Assembly: GCF_006345805.1 (NCBI RefSeq)
Contig: NC_043006.1
Coordinates: 46,190,001 to 46,254,000, forward strand
Reading direction: 5' to 3'
DNA from: Octopus sinensis
Lineage: Eukaryota
DNA: 64,000 nucleotides
Shown here one piece after another: positions 12,728 through 24,984 of the stretch (the stretch's first letter is position 1; every line of letters begins with the position of its first letter). The position numbers and the translations under genes are program-made. The notes below the pieces were generated by a model that had not been told where the DNA came from, searched no databases, and worked only from the letters and a program-made list of their open reading frames with translations.

Positions 12728-13179
12728 CCATTTGAACTCAGAACGTAGCCGCAGACGAATTACCTATTTCTTTACTACACACAAGGGGGCTAAACACAGA
12801 GAGAACAAACAAGGACAGACAAACAAATTAAGTCAATTATATCGACCCCAGTGCGTAACTGGTACTTACTTAATCGACCCCGAACGAATGAAAGGCAAAG
12901 TCGACCTCGGCGGAATTTGAACTCAGAACGTAACGGCAGACGAAATACCTATTTCTTTACTAACCACAAGGGGCTAAACATAGAGAGGACAAACAAGGAC
13001 AGACAAACGGATTAAGTCGATTACATCGACCCCAGTGGTTACTGGTCCTTAATTTATTGACCTCGAAAGGATGAAAGGCAAAATCGACCTCGGTGGAATT
13101 TGAACTCAGGACGTAGAGACAGACGAAATACAGCTAAGCATTTCGCCCGGCGTGCTAACGTTTCTGCCAGCTCACCGCC
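12728..13179 (-). mobile_element. SINE family B (tRNA head + conserved central domain + Tx1-like tail), head plus ~2.1 tandem ~184-bp units
   Basis: GGCGGTGAGCTGGCAGAAACGTTAGC head. ATTTGAACTCAG recurs at 12730, 12915 and 13098. Confidence 0.9.
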
Positions 13180-13432
13180 TTTAATTATTAAATAACAGAT
13201 TAATGACTTACATGCTTAAAGGATCTTTTACATTTTGCAGTGATACAGGTATGAACGTAATTTCATTATTAGTAAATATAAAAATAGAAATTATTTTCAT
13301 GTTTTTTAAGGTACGGAACAACTTGTCATGAAATTGAAATTTTGTTGTTGTTAAAGTTTTAATGAACAATTTGTGACTTGTACACACACACACGCACACA
13401 CACACACATGTATATATATATATTATATATAT

Positions 13433-13465
<33 letters not shown>

Positions 13466-13852
13466 TATATGTTGTATGTATTATAAATCATAAAAAAGCA
13501 TAACGTATACAGTATAAAAGATTCCTTTCGGCCAATGTTGTTACCAATCAGTTTTGCACAGGATATCAGGTAATGAGGTTGTATGTATGTATGTATGCAC
13601 GTATGTATATATATATTTATATGCTTGTATGTATGGATGCATATATATATATATATGTATGTGTGTATGTGTGTATGTATGTGTGTATGTTTGCATGTGT
13701 GTATATGTATTTATGTATGTATGTGTGTGTGTGTTTATGGATGTATGTATTTATGTACGTGTGTACATAAGAATATACGAATGTATGTATGTATGTACGT
13801 ACGTATATATCTATATATGTACGTATGCATCTATGTATGTACGTATGCATAT

Positions 13853-14168
13853 GTGACGGTGCGTTGCTTAGTGGTTAGCGTATACGGTTTACGGTCGTAA
13901 GGTCGTGAGTTCAATCATCGGTGACGCACTGTTTCCTTGAGCGCGACACTTTTTTTCAGATTGCTCAGCTTGCAAAAACGAGTAGTACCTGTAATTCAAA
14001 GGGTCAACCTTCTCACCTTCTATATCAGGCTGAATCTCCCAAAGAACCATGTAATGTGTACACGTGTCTGTGGTGAGAACCGCCAATTGCACGTGGAGTT
14101 CAAGATCAAGATGTTCCGTTGATCGGATCACCTGGAACACTCGTAATCGTAACCTACGGAGAGCCTCT
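13853..14168 (+). mobile_element. SINE family C (tRNA-derived)
   Basis: A box-like GCTTAGTGG, B box GAGTTCAAT, then TCCTTGAGCGCGACACTTT. A related fragment lies at 45581-45697 (-). Confidence 0.75.
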
Positions 14169-14272
14169 TATCTATTGTGGTTGTTGTTATTATTGGTGTA
14201 GCCCAGAAGAAGTTTGATCATGGAAATGTTTAATATTTGCAAGCTTTGCGGTGTGGTTAAGAAGCTCGTTTC

Positions 14273-14564
14273 TTCTCGAGCCACGCCTGGCTCATAGGGA
14301 CCGGTTTCCCGGTTTCCTTGGCGTATAGGTTCTCCACCTGGACAGGAAGCCGGTCCGTTGCAGGTGAGCTGCAAGATGCAGGAGGAAGAGTGAGAGAAAG
14401 TTGCGGCGAAAGAGTCAGCAGAAGTTCGCCATTACCTTCTGCTGGGGCCATGTGGAGCTTAGGTGTTTCGCTCATAAACACACACATCGCCCGGTCTGAG
14501 ATTCGAACCCGAGATCCCTCGACCGCGAGTCCGCTGCTCTAACCACTAGGCCATGTGCCTCCAC
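14273..14564 (-). mobile_element. SINE family D (tRNA-derived), full length, 14-bp target-site duplication
   Basis: Head GTGGAGGCACATGGCCTAGTGG...GGGTTCGAATC. AAGAAGCTCGTTTC occurs at 14259-14272 and 14572-14585. Confidence 0.9.
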
Positions 14565-15569
14565 TAAGAAGAAGAAGCTCGTTTCGTAACCATCTAATCT
14601 CGGATTCAGTCCCATTTCGTGATTCCAAAGCGTGGGCTGTTCCGTATATAGGAACAACTGAAACCCACGTTATCATAATCGATAGAGTGTCGGTTATGCA
14701 TGTATGTGTTACATTAAAAAAGAAAATAAAAAAAAACATTTCTGCTTCTATCGATGCCGTGGGTAATAGTTATTATTAATAGTGTTATTCTGTGGTTTAG
14801 CCAGAGGTCATATCTGGTCGAACAGAACGATGATCAAAGGCGTTCAGCTCGTGACCATCAACAATTTTTGCAAATACTATATATCAATAACCAATAAGCT
14901 CTTACGCTTTTTAAGGCGGTGAGGTGTGACTCAATAGAGGGAGTTCGTGATAAGAGACTTGTGTATGCTTCTGATGGACATTGCATTTGTTTTTTCTACA
15001 GCTACGCGCAGAAGCCAATACTTTATAGTTCTTTTATTTATCTATGTATTCATTTATTTTCTTCGGTATTTTCCTTTACATTACAATAAATACATTTCCA
15101 ATTGAAACCTCCAACCGCGGCGATCTTCGACTTCAACCCCCTTTCTTTAGCAGTATGTTTTACTCCTCTAGCTATCGAAGCAGTTACTGTTGTTATCTAA
15201 CTCGTAACCTCAAGCACAAAAAAGAAGATTCAGTGATAATGGGACACGAAGAATGAAAGGGCAGGAAGTCTTAAAAAAACTGTCCGTCACAGGAAAATAC
15301 TGTCTGGCTATTTGATGTCTTCCTTTATATTAATTTCTTACATTGGTCAAATAACATGAATTGTTAAGGAAAGAATTTGGGCCGATTGATCTAACTCTGA
15401 TATTTTTTGGCATGTATTTTTATTGGCTCCGGCGACGAGGGAAAAAAATCAAAAGTGATTTGCAAGTTAAAGAGATGTAACGGAACACACACAGACACAC
15501 ACGCACGCACACGCACACGCACGCACACACAAACACACACATTCACACTTGTATGTATATATGTGTGCA

Positions 15570-15722
15570 CGTATCACTGTGTGGCTCAAAAGCTCGACTT
15601 GCAACAATGCGGTTTCTGGTTCAGTCCCACAGCGTGGCATCTTACGAAAGTGTCTGCTGCTATAACCCTGGGCCGATCACTGCCTTAGTAAGTATGGTAG
15701 ACAGAAACTGGAATCCCGAAGT
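15570..15722 (+). mobile_element. SINE family A head, diverged
   Basis: GGTTCAGTCCCACAGCGTGGCATCTT...GGTAGACAGAAACTG. Confidence 0.65.
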
Positions 15723-15749
15723 ATATATATATATATATATATATATATA

Positions 15750-16172
15750 CTAGCAGTATAGCCCGGCGTTGCTCGGATTTGTTTTTTAGTTGCGCTTAAA
15801 ACGGCAGACAGTGATGTCGCGTTAACAAAGTTTTGACATAGTTTCAATCTTTTTTGAAAAGTAAAAATGTTGCATTATGTAGCTTGTTATTCTCTTTAAG
15901 TGAACATTTTTCTGGTTGAAATACAGCGAAAAATGGCAACACAGTAGTCAAAAAATAGTAAAAAATAGGCATTTTCAAAAAGCACCTTTTTGATGAAAAT
16001 AATTTTTGGTCTTAACATTGTCCGATTTGAATATTTTCTACGGAATGAAGATCAAGCCTTCTTCTATCATACTTTCAATTTTGGTCAACTTGCGCTGCAG
16101 GGTCTCGGAGGAGATGCTGTTAGTTGAAGGCTACCAAACTTGCCACACACATACACAGGGACAACTTCAGCT

Positions 16173-16175
<3 letters not shown>
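15750..16175 (-). mobile_element. Non-autonomous Helitron (426 bp) inserted in (TA)n
   Basis: Minus strand begins TC and ends CTAG, sits between A and T, and has a GC hairpin (CCGAGCAACGCCGG) about 9 nt before CTAG. Confidence 0.85.
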
Positions 16176-16214
<39 letters not shown>

Positions 16215-16360
16215 GTCATATGTAAACAAACGTAAGTTTGTTTTTGAAGCGCTGAAATGTATTGTAGTACAAGTAGAAAGATATATTTTTTCAACGCGTA
16301 AGTACTGATAGATAAACATATATAGGACAAAATCCTTACAGGACGGAAAAATCTGTCAGT

Positions 16361-16434
16361 AACCAGCCATGAGATTCGAACTCACATCCCTTCAATTTCC
16401 GGTCAAAGTGCTTTACCATTTAAGCTAAACTGCT
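16361..16434 (-). other. tRNA-like cloverleaf relic (not a canonical tRNA gene)
   Basis: D stem GCTT/AAGC and T stem GTGAG-TTCGAAT-CTCAT pair. The anticodon arm is 6 bp with loop CCGGAAA. The acceptor stem has a mismatch and wobbles. Confidence 0.55.
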
Positions 16435-16562
16435 TCACCGACAAATTCTTCTGCAATGTCTCTGCAAAAAGTTACCACCCAATAATTGGTCTCTTCATCT
16501 GTCGCTCTCGTTCTGTCTTTATCTTTCTCCCTCTTTGCAACATACACACACACACACACACA

Positions 16563-16985
16563 AGTGTAATCGACTTAATCCGTTTGTCTGTCCTTGTTTG
16601 TCCCCTCTGTGTTTAGCCCCTTGTGGGTAGTAAATAAATAGGTATTTCGTCTACCATTACATTCTGAGTTCGACCTTGTCTTTCATCCTTTCAGGATCGA
16701 TAAATTGAGAAACAGTGAAACATACGGGTGGATGTAATGAACTAGTCTTCCCCCTCCTCAAAATGTCAGGCCTTGTGCCTATTGTAGAAAAGAATTGTTA
16801 GAACACCGTGAAAATTTTTAGCGGCACTTCGTTCATATTTACGTTCTGAGTTCAAGTTTCGCCGAAGTCTAGTTTTCCTTTCATCCTTTAGGGGTCGATA
16901 AAATAAGTACCATTTGAGCACTGTGGTCCATAGAAATGACTAAGCCCTCCTCCGAAACTGCTGGTCTTCTGCCAAAATTTGAAAT
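16563..16985 (+). mobile_element. SINE family B fragment joined to B2-tail variants (16563-16800; 16796-16985)
   Basis: B tail ...AAATAGGTATTTCGTCT... continues into the central domain and the alternative tail CCCCTCC..AAAAT..CAGGCCTTGTGCCTA. Confidence 0.75.
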
Positions 16986-17007
16986 TACTATTAACAATAT
17001 AAGTATA

Positions 17008-17200
17008 CAATGGGGTTCTGAAAAGTTCTTGGCTTTGCAAGAGGCTCGGTTGGAGTTCTTTTACAGGGCTTAGAAAAACTGAAGGACCACTGCTATAAGT
17101 GTATGAATCTGAGAGGAGAATATATTCAATAAATTCATAATTAACTGATCCTCCTATAATGTCTTTTACTCAAAGCCAGCAAGTTTTTAGCTCCCCCTTG
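17008..17200 (+). mobile_element. Mariner-derived MITE
   Basis: TA-flanked TIRs (...GGGGTTCTGAAAAGTT..GGCTTTG / CAAAGCC..AAGTTTTTAGCTCCCC). It retains the transposase C-terminus FLQGLEKLKDHCYKCMNLRGEYIQ*. A second copy lies at 37878-38094. Confidence 0.8.
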
Positions 17201-17689
17201 TAAATAGTAAAATTCATTGAAAACCGCTTCGTTCATTTAAATCCCTGATAAGCTTGGACATAAGCAAATCTCAGTGACTTCTGAGAACATTGATTATAAA
17301 TGATGAATAAAAGGAAAAAAAAAACTGTCGATACTAAACATTAGTTTACATAGTATTAATTGGATATGACTTGTTATTGATGGATAAAATATAAAAGTTT
17401 TGCTGCCGGATTCACAGTAATGATTCAGTATCTATGAAATGAAAAATACACTTCCTCAAAATTCGGCAAACTCAATAATTTTTTTAACCCTTTTACTACA
17501 GAAATCAGATCTATCTGCTGAAATTTTCATTACCCCTAATTACAGATTACACTTTCATATATTAATCTATCTGTTGTTTAGGAATGTCATGTTTTTAATT
17601 ATTTTTAGTGGAGTCAACGTAACCTGCAGAAAATACCAATTCTATGTTTTGGTAGACTTTTAACAGCATTACTTAAATGACATCTTTGG

Positions 17690-18140
17690 GAGCCGGTCAC
17701 CCGGCATCCGAATCTCTTGGCCAATCCAGCGGATACACGACGAAGGAACCAGGAGTTCAAGAGAATTTAGTTAGGTGATACGTTATCCTGCCATGTGAGA
17801 TCGAGGATACTTCGGAGAGATCTGATATGTAATATTTCCAGTTACTTGATCTGGTATCGATAAAGGATCCAGCTCTCAGACCCTTACAGTGGGGTGCATA
17901 CAAGAGTAGCTCCATAAACAGGTCTCACTGATGTTGAATATTTCATTTGATTGATCATCTCAAGTGGTCTCTCATTTTATGATGTGTCCCTGCCAATCTG
18001 TTGAGCGGACGATGGTGTTGCCTTGGCGGAGGTTTACACTCTCTGAATCCTCTTGTTATTATTATTATGTTTTGCATTTATTACATCTTGTAGAAGCTGC
18101 GCCCAATTCTCAATCAGGGACGTCAATGGCCTTTAAAGAG
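17690..18140 (-). mobile_element. RTE-clade LINE relic
   Basis: Minus frame PL*GSESWILYRYQIK*LEILHIRSLRSILDLTWQDNVS resembles the RTE motif LLYGSESW..LEAFH.RCLRRIL.I.WQD.V. Confidence 0.7.
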
Positions 18141-18419
18141 GATAGTACTATGTAAGTGAAAAAGAAAACCAACAACATACATTATGTCCGCATGTTAAAA
18201 TCAATCTCTACAAAATTTATAATGAAACTGAACGAATAATATTGAATAAAAACTGAATGAATAATATTGTATTTACATAGAGAGGAAGTTACGTAAAATA
18301 TGTAAGGAACCCATAATTATGATCTGTTGCAGTTCACTTATTATGGGGCAACCAGCTTAGACATTTGTTTGCTCCTTTTGTCATTCCTGTTGTTATAGTT
18401 ATTATCGTTATTATTATTA

Positions 18420-18476
<57 letters not shown>

Positions 18477-18880
18477 CGTTACTACTATTGGTGTCATTTT
18501 TTTTTATTGCCATTTCATTTTACGTTTGTTTCCGTTCTGTTGAGCAATGGCGTAATTAAATGTTGATGCTGCAAATAAAGACACTAGTTAGATATTATTC
18601 AAAAGCGGAAAACTCACAGCAACTAACATTCTAATGTTCTATTAGTCCGATGTTACTTTGAACACAGCTCCACACAGTCTCATAACCCCCATATATATAT
18701 ATATTATATATATATATATATATATACATAATATATATATATACATACATACATATACTTATACATATAATATGTAATATAAGATAGGTGTGTGTATGTG
18801 TATATGTGTGCATCTATATATCTATATCTATATCTATATCTATCATCTATCTATCTATCTATCTATCTATTATCTATCTA

Positions 18881-18927
<47 letters not shown>

Positions 18928-18933
18928 GCATAC

Positions 18934-18975
<42 letters not shown>

Positions 18976-19359
18976 TATATAAATACATACGTACATACAT
19001 ACGTACGTACATACATACATACATACGTATGTACATACATACATACGTACATACATACATATATACATACATACATGTAATGGAAATTATAGTCTAACAT
19101 TGCGTGATGTGCACGTGTTCATGGCATTAGAAATACCTAAGAACCAACAAAATCTACAGTACCACGTCAACGATCGCAACAAATATATTGGTATTATGAC
19201 CAACAAAGGAACACAATAACAAGCATAAAACCTAATATAAAACAAGGATGAAAGTAATAAGTGAAATAGTAGTGTGTACTGTGTACTGCCGTGACTATTG
19301 AGTGGTGAGGATGAAAGCAATGTTCACAACATTGTATGGTATTTACAGTTTATGAAGCA

Positions 19360-19676
19360 TTGAGATAGATAGGTAGATAGATAGATATATGGAGAGAGAG
19401 AGAGAGCAAAATATAGAAAAGGAGAGAAACAGAGGAAGTGGTAGAGAGAGAGAGTGACAGAAAGACAGTGACAAAGAGATAGTGACAGAGAGACAGGAGA
19501 GAGTTACAAGGTCAGGAAGAAAGAGTGAGGAATAAAAAAGAGAGAGAAAATGAAACTGGGTGAGCGAATGAGACGGACAAGAATGAACAACTCGGGCGCA
19601 GAAAGGAAATAAAGGGTTAGGGATAAAAAGAAAGAGAAAAAAAAAAGAGAGAGAGAGAGAGAGAGCTAAATATTGA

Positions 19677-19709
<33 letters not shown>

Positions 19710-20000
19710 TGACGGTGAGAGAATGACCAAAATGAAAGTGACAGGGAGATATTGACAAAGAGAAAGCAACAGAGGGATAGAGATGGGAAGAGGGACAGAG
19801 GGACAGAGAGAGAGAGAGAGAGAGAGAAAAAAAAGAAAGAGAGAGAAAGAGAAACTGAATGGGCGAACGAAAGGGACAAGAATGTATAATTCAGCGGTAT
19901 TAAAGAAATGAAGGGTTGGGGATAAAAGAAAGAGAGAGAGAGGAACAGTGAAAACGAGAGCAAGAGATAAAAGATATATATATATATATATATAAAGAGG

Positions 20001-20035
<35 letters not shown>
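19360..20035. repeat. GA-rich low-complexity / (GA)n tract
   Basis: Direct reading. Confidence 0.9.
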
Positions 20036-20036
<1 letters not shown>

Positions 20037-20939
20037 TATGAATTGCTTTTCTCCCTTTACCTGTCTCTTGAGAAGGGAGGAGTTAGGGTGACAAACATAA
20101 GAGGATATTTCAGAGAATGGAAGAGAGGAAGGAAAAGATAGACAATTAAATACTGGGAATAAGGAGGAAAGACAAAGATGGTAGGGCAGAGCTACAGAGA
20201 TCGAGAGAGAAAGAGAGGAGGGAACGAGAAAGAATGTGAGACAGTGAAAAAGAAAGAATGGGAAAGAGAGGTAGCATTTTCAGATCTGCTCCGTATAATG
20301 CTTCCCTCGAGGTGTAACTAGTTTTCGCTTATAATCTGCATATTCCCAATGTCTGACGTACATGTCATGCGACATAGTAGATTATGGGCGATGAAAAAAA
20401 TGTCATAAAATTAACGTATTACTAGATCCTTTCTCTAGTGTCTCTAATGTCTGTATTTGTTCAGAAAACGTTCTATCGTCGATTTTTGATGATGAACCAT
20501 TTCATACTATTTCTTCTATTCGGATGAAATGATCATATATGCTAAAATTCGACACATTGTCCATACCCATTACAAATTTTCACTATACGCACGCTACTCG
20601 AAAAAGGTCGACAGAAATTTCTAAAAAAATTCCATTATTACCATATCGGACAGATTTCAGGGTTAGTTCATAGGAACCCTCTCTTCGTCAGTGATAAATG
20701 TGGCAAAGAAATGAACGAGATACTTACTCATACCCATGGAAGAAGCAAACACTAAGTCATGAGCACAATTAAGTACTCCAAATACATCCAAAATAGAAAT
20801 ACTCTAGCCCAATACTCTAGCCCATTCGAGACACGTGCGATTTGAACTGAGGCTCTCAGAGAGTGAGAGAGTCCGGAAGTGAACAATATTAAATTTATAT
20901 ATAGGATAAAAATTTTTCGAAAAAAAAATTTTATCCTAC

Positions 20940-20979
<40 letters not shown>

Positions 20980-20989
20980 CCATTTATTA

Positions 20990-21073
<84 letters not shown>

Positions 21074-21220
21074 CATTAATTATGCTTATGCAAGAAACCT
21101 AGTGAGAGCGACTTTGTAGGTTCGGATTGCAGGCCTTTGTCGGACTGTCTGACGATGTCCAAAAGGATGAAAACTTATACGTAAATATACAAACATATAT
21201 ACATACACATACACGCACTT

Positions 21221-21272
<52 letters not shown>

Positions 21273-21281
21273 ATATATATA

Positions 21282-21325
<44 letters not shown>

Positions 21326-21330
21326 CATCT

Positions 21331-22073
21331 AAGCGCTACCCATTCGGGATAGACTCTACAGGCATTGCTCGAGTAACACGGAGCCGACCTGTCCGAGATG
21401 CGGTCAGAGCAACGAAACCGTTCTGCATGCACTCGTACAGTGTCCAACCATTTCCAACCTGCGGGCTTATGTCGAACGACTGCTATCGCGTGTGGGACGA
21501 GTCGGTTTATCAACCGAGTCTATCGTAAATATTGTCGCGCCTCCTTCCTTCAAACGGGAAGGAAGAGCCGTTTTAATCGTGCTTGTGGCTATGGCGAAAG
21601 AATGTGTATAGTGGACCCGTCTGAAAGGTCTAGAGACAAACACTTTCCTCTCAATCTATCATCAACTTCTTCAAGTATCAATTGAAGAGGAAGGTGAGAG
21701 TAGAGAGGGAGGTTTTGTCTAGTGAATGTTTCAAAAAAAGATGGGTGAATCTTGAGCATAATCCTAAAAAAAAAAGAGAGGAAAAAAGAGAGTCATTTAC
21801 TGAAATGTGATTTTTTGGTTGACATTATTGCCCAAGGTTAACGTGGTCTATTCTGTAAGTTTTTCTTTCCACAGATAAACCTAATCTGATCCCCTTTTTA
21901 CATTATAACATTTCTGTGATACCCGATCGCTATTGATCGGCCCTTTTTTCTCCACGATCCCTTTTGTTCGAAATTCTACACGACCTTTTTTTTTCTTCTT
22001 CCCCAAAAGAAAAGATCTACTTTATATTTTGTCCCCTCTGTGTTCAGCCCTGTGTGGCCAATAAAGGAACATA
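21331..22073 (+). mobile_element. Tx1/L1-clade LINE, 5'-truncated copy D (diverged subfamily), flanked by (TATC)n
   Basis: [19 protein letters not shown] zinc knuckle, homologous to 55847-56700. The 3' end is CAGCCCTGTGTGGCCAATAAAGGAACATA. Confidence 0.9.
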
Positions 22074-22095
22074 TATATGTATGTATGTATGCATG

Positions 22096-22212
<117 letters not shown>

Positions 22213-22254
22213 GTGTGTGTATTTGTGTTTGGGTTTGTGTGTGTGTATTTGTGT

Positions 22255-22282
<28 letters not shown>

Positions 22283-22287
<5 letters not shown>

Positions 22288-22428
22288 GTAAGAAGCTTGC
22301 TTCCCAGCCACATGGTTCCGGGTTCAGTCCCACTGCGTTGCACCTTCGTCTTGTACTATTGCCTCGGGCTGACGAAATTCTTGTGCATTGATTTGGTAGA
22401 GGGAAACGGAAAGAAGCCCGTCGTATAT
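22283..22428 (+). mobile_element. SINE family A head; its body resumes at ~23345-23405 after the mariner insertion
   Basis: GTGGTAAGAAGCTTGCTTCCCAGCCACATGG...GAAGCCCGTCGTATA. Confidence 0.85.
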
Positions 22429-22439
22429 ATATATATATC

Positions 22440-23321
22440 TTGGGTCTTCCCATAAATAATGTAGTTTTTTCAATTGCATGAATTAAAAGTCGGAGGCGGA
22501 CGGGATAAACTACCTGTAACAACTTGCTATAAAAGCAGGTAGTAATTTTACCTTATACTTACTCTTAGTGCAAATTTTGAAGAGTGCAGTTCGATTTTAC
22601 GATTTCAACAGTTATATTTATCAAAGCTTGAATGGAAGTGACAAAGGTGCATATTCGGCATATTTTGCTCTATCAGTTCAATAAAGGCAACAACACAACA
22701 GAAAGTATGAGGAATATCAATGCAGTGTACGGGGATCAGACAATAAGCGTAAGCCAGTGTCAATGGTGGTTCCAGAAATTCTGAGCTCAACGAGGACGTT
22801 CTGTAAACCCTGGTGGAACAAAATCCCAACATAACTGTTGAGGAACTAGCAGAGAAGTTTGGATTTAGTCATTCAATCAGTCATTCAAGTCAGCGCTAGA
22901 AGAAAAACGGCCATGTTTGCTTCCAAGACGAAAGATGTTCTTCCATCAGGATGATGCTCGGCCACATACATTGAGGATGACATTCGAAAGGTTGGAGTAG
23001 TCTGAATGGGAAACAATGCACCACCCACCATATACGCCAGACATTGCCCCATCTGATTATCATTTATTTCGCAGTCTGCAAAATCGTTTTGATGGAAAGA
23101 ACGTGAACTCTATAGATATGGTCAGAAAAGTACTGGAGGAGTATTTTTCGTCACGGACACGTGAAGGTTGGAAGAGGGGTGCCTTGCAAGTCTACCAGAT
23201 AGATAGAAGAGCGTTGTAGAAAATGAAGGATAGTACATTTGATTAAAAAAGAACTCTGTTTATCTTAATTTTGAAAATGAAAAGATGTATAAAAAAACGC
23301 ATTATTTATGGGATGACCCAA
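22440..23321 (+). mobile_element. Internally deleted mariner transposon
   Basis: ~30-bp TIRs TTGGGTC(A/T)TCCCATAAATAATG in TA runs. Transposase relics MEVTKVHIRHILLYQF, FHQDDARPH and HPPYTPDIAPSDYHLF. Confidence 0.9.
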
Positions 23322-24020
23322 TATATATATATATGTTCATATATATATGTGTGTCTCTTTGTCCCTCCGCCACCGCTTGACAACTGATGGTGGTGTGTTT
23401 ATGTCACACGCACACAGATACACATACACACACACACACATGTCACACGCACACAGATACACATACACACACACACACACTATAAGCAATATAAAGTAAT
23501 TGATTTCTTGCCCTCTGGCTAGTAGTCTCAAGAATATATAGTGACAGTCAAGAAAAATCGTTCTACAATTATTTTAACATTTGAATCTCAGGTAACCGTG
23601 GTCTTAAGCAAATCTCCGCAACGTCTATCAAAACACCATTAGATATAAATGATAAGTAAACATATATATATATACGGAATGTTTGTTTACATATATTAAT
23701 TGGAATTGAAATGTCATTACTAGTGGACAAATTACACTGTTTTGCTATGAGAGTGTTGTTAAGGCTGTTATTTATTTAGTGTTTATCCAGAATCAAATAA
23801 ACTCCTTCTAGGTCTGAACGTTCATTTTCAAACAAGTTAATGAATTGAAAAAGAGCCGTGACGGACCCTATGGATTTTGTAGACTTAAATGTGATTGATG
23901 ACGTTGATGTGATTGATGGTCAATATATCCGTAACCAAAACGAAGGCGAGGTGATAGCTTGGGTATGTGACCAAATGCTTTTATTAAATTTGAAGTTTAC
24001 TATAACTACTCTCTGCCTAA

Positions 24021-24368
24021 AATAGGTTCTCAAACGTCTTTCATTTATGGGTACCATTTGATTACTATTTTGGTTTGGTGGACACCACAGCTATTCGACG
24101 TTTAATAACTAGTTTCATAGATACCTCTTTCAAAGTTCCTGGTGTTTTTCATACATGAACTCATGTTATTTGAATTATATAAAATGTTACTGAAAGTAAC
24201 TCTAATTCTTTCTTTTAATACATGCCAAAAGATATGTCTAGATGAAAATTTTTTCAAGAGCCCTTAAAATACCATCGTGGATCTCAAATTTTCTATTTTG
24301 TTACGTGGACCCTGATAAATCTTACTTGGACAGTTAGGGGCCATATGGGCCCGGGTTGAGAATCACTG
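24021..24368. mobile_element. Probable hAT-type MITE relic
   Basis: Ends GGTTCTCAAAC ... GGTTGAGAATCACTG. A similar right end lies at ~36730-36845. Confidence 0.5.
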
Positions 24369-24984
24369 GCCTAAAAGATGCTATTAGACCGTGCGACAGG
24401 TTATCCTTGACTTCTTTACATTTCTGTATCTACCCGAAGTAAATGAGTTACGGGAAACTACCCCGTACTACCAGTAACGTAAAGTGATCACCCACATTTT
24501 ATTGAGATAATGTTCTCCTGAGGATATAAACAATCATTTATTGATTATTAAAAACCGGAATTGCATTGAAAAAAATTAAGAAAAATGTTATAGTTTTAAA
24601 AAAGTTTGCCGGTGGGAAATTTAAACAAATTAGAGATAATTTTATTTCTAAAATCATATTTTTATGTAACTAAAAGCTGATGCAATCATTGCTTCATTAT
24701 TATGATATTACCAACTATGTTTAACGAGATATTATTGAAAACTAATGTTAGCCTCTTCTTTTTATTTTGTTTGTTTATTTTTACAAAATTGTGTTAATTG
24801 AATCAATATTGGAGGCCAACGTCTAATCATCGTTAAAGTTCTTTATTTTGCTGTTTCGAGAAACTTTCCGGAAATTGATTTAAATTATTAGCTGTGCATC
24901 GTACAACAGAATAAGTTAGATATTGCCTTTCATTAAGATGAAAGTGTTCCGTTTCAATAATTAAATCGATAACAAAATTAGTAA

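Noticed and set aside
12728-13179. Regular ~184-bp repeats as a CRISPR-like array
   Set aside because: The units are whole SINE bodies with no unique spacers, the context is eukaryotic and there are no cas genes.
13853-14564. tRNA genes at SINE heads
   Set aside because: A/B boxes are present, but the acceptor stems do not close and SINE bodies follow directly.
19087-19320. Hydrophobic ORF faintly like GPCR TM5/TM6 (YCVPLLVII..Y, FCWF)
   Set aside because: Spacing is too short, no other TM segments are present, and AT-rich antisense bias explains it.
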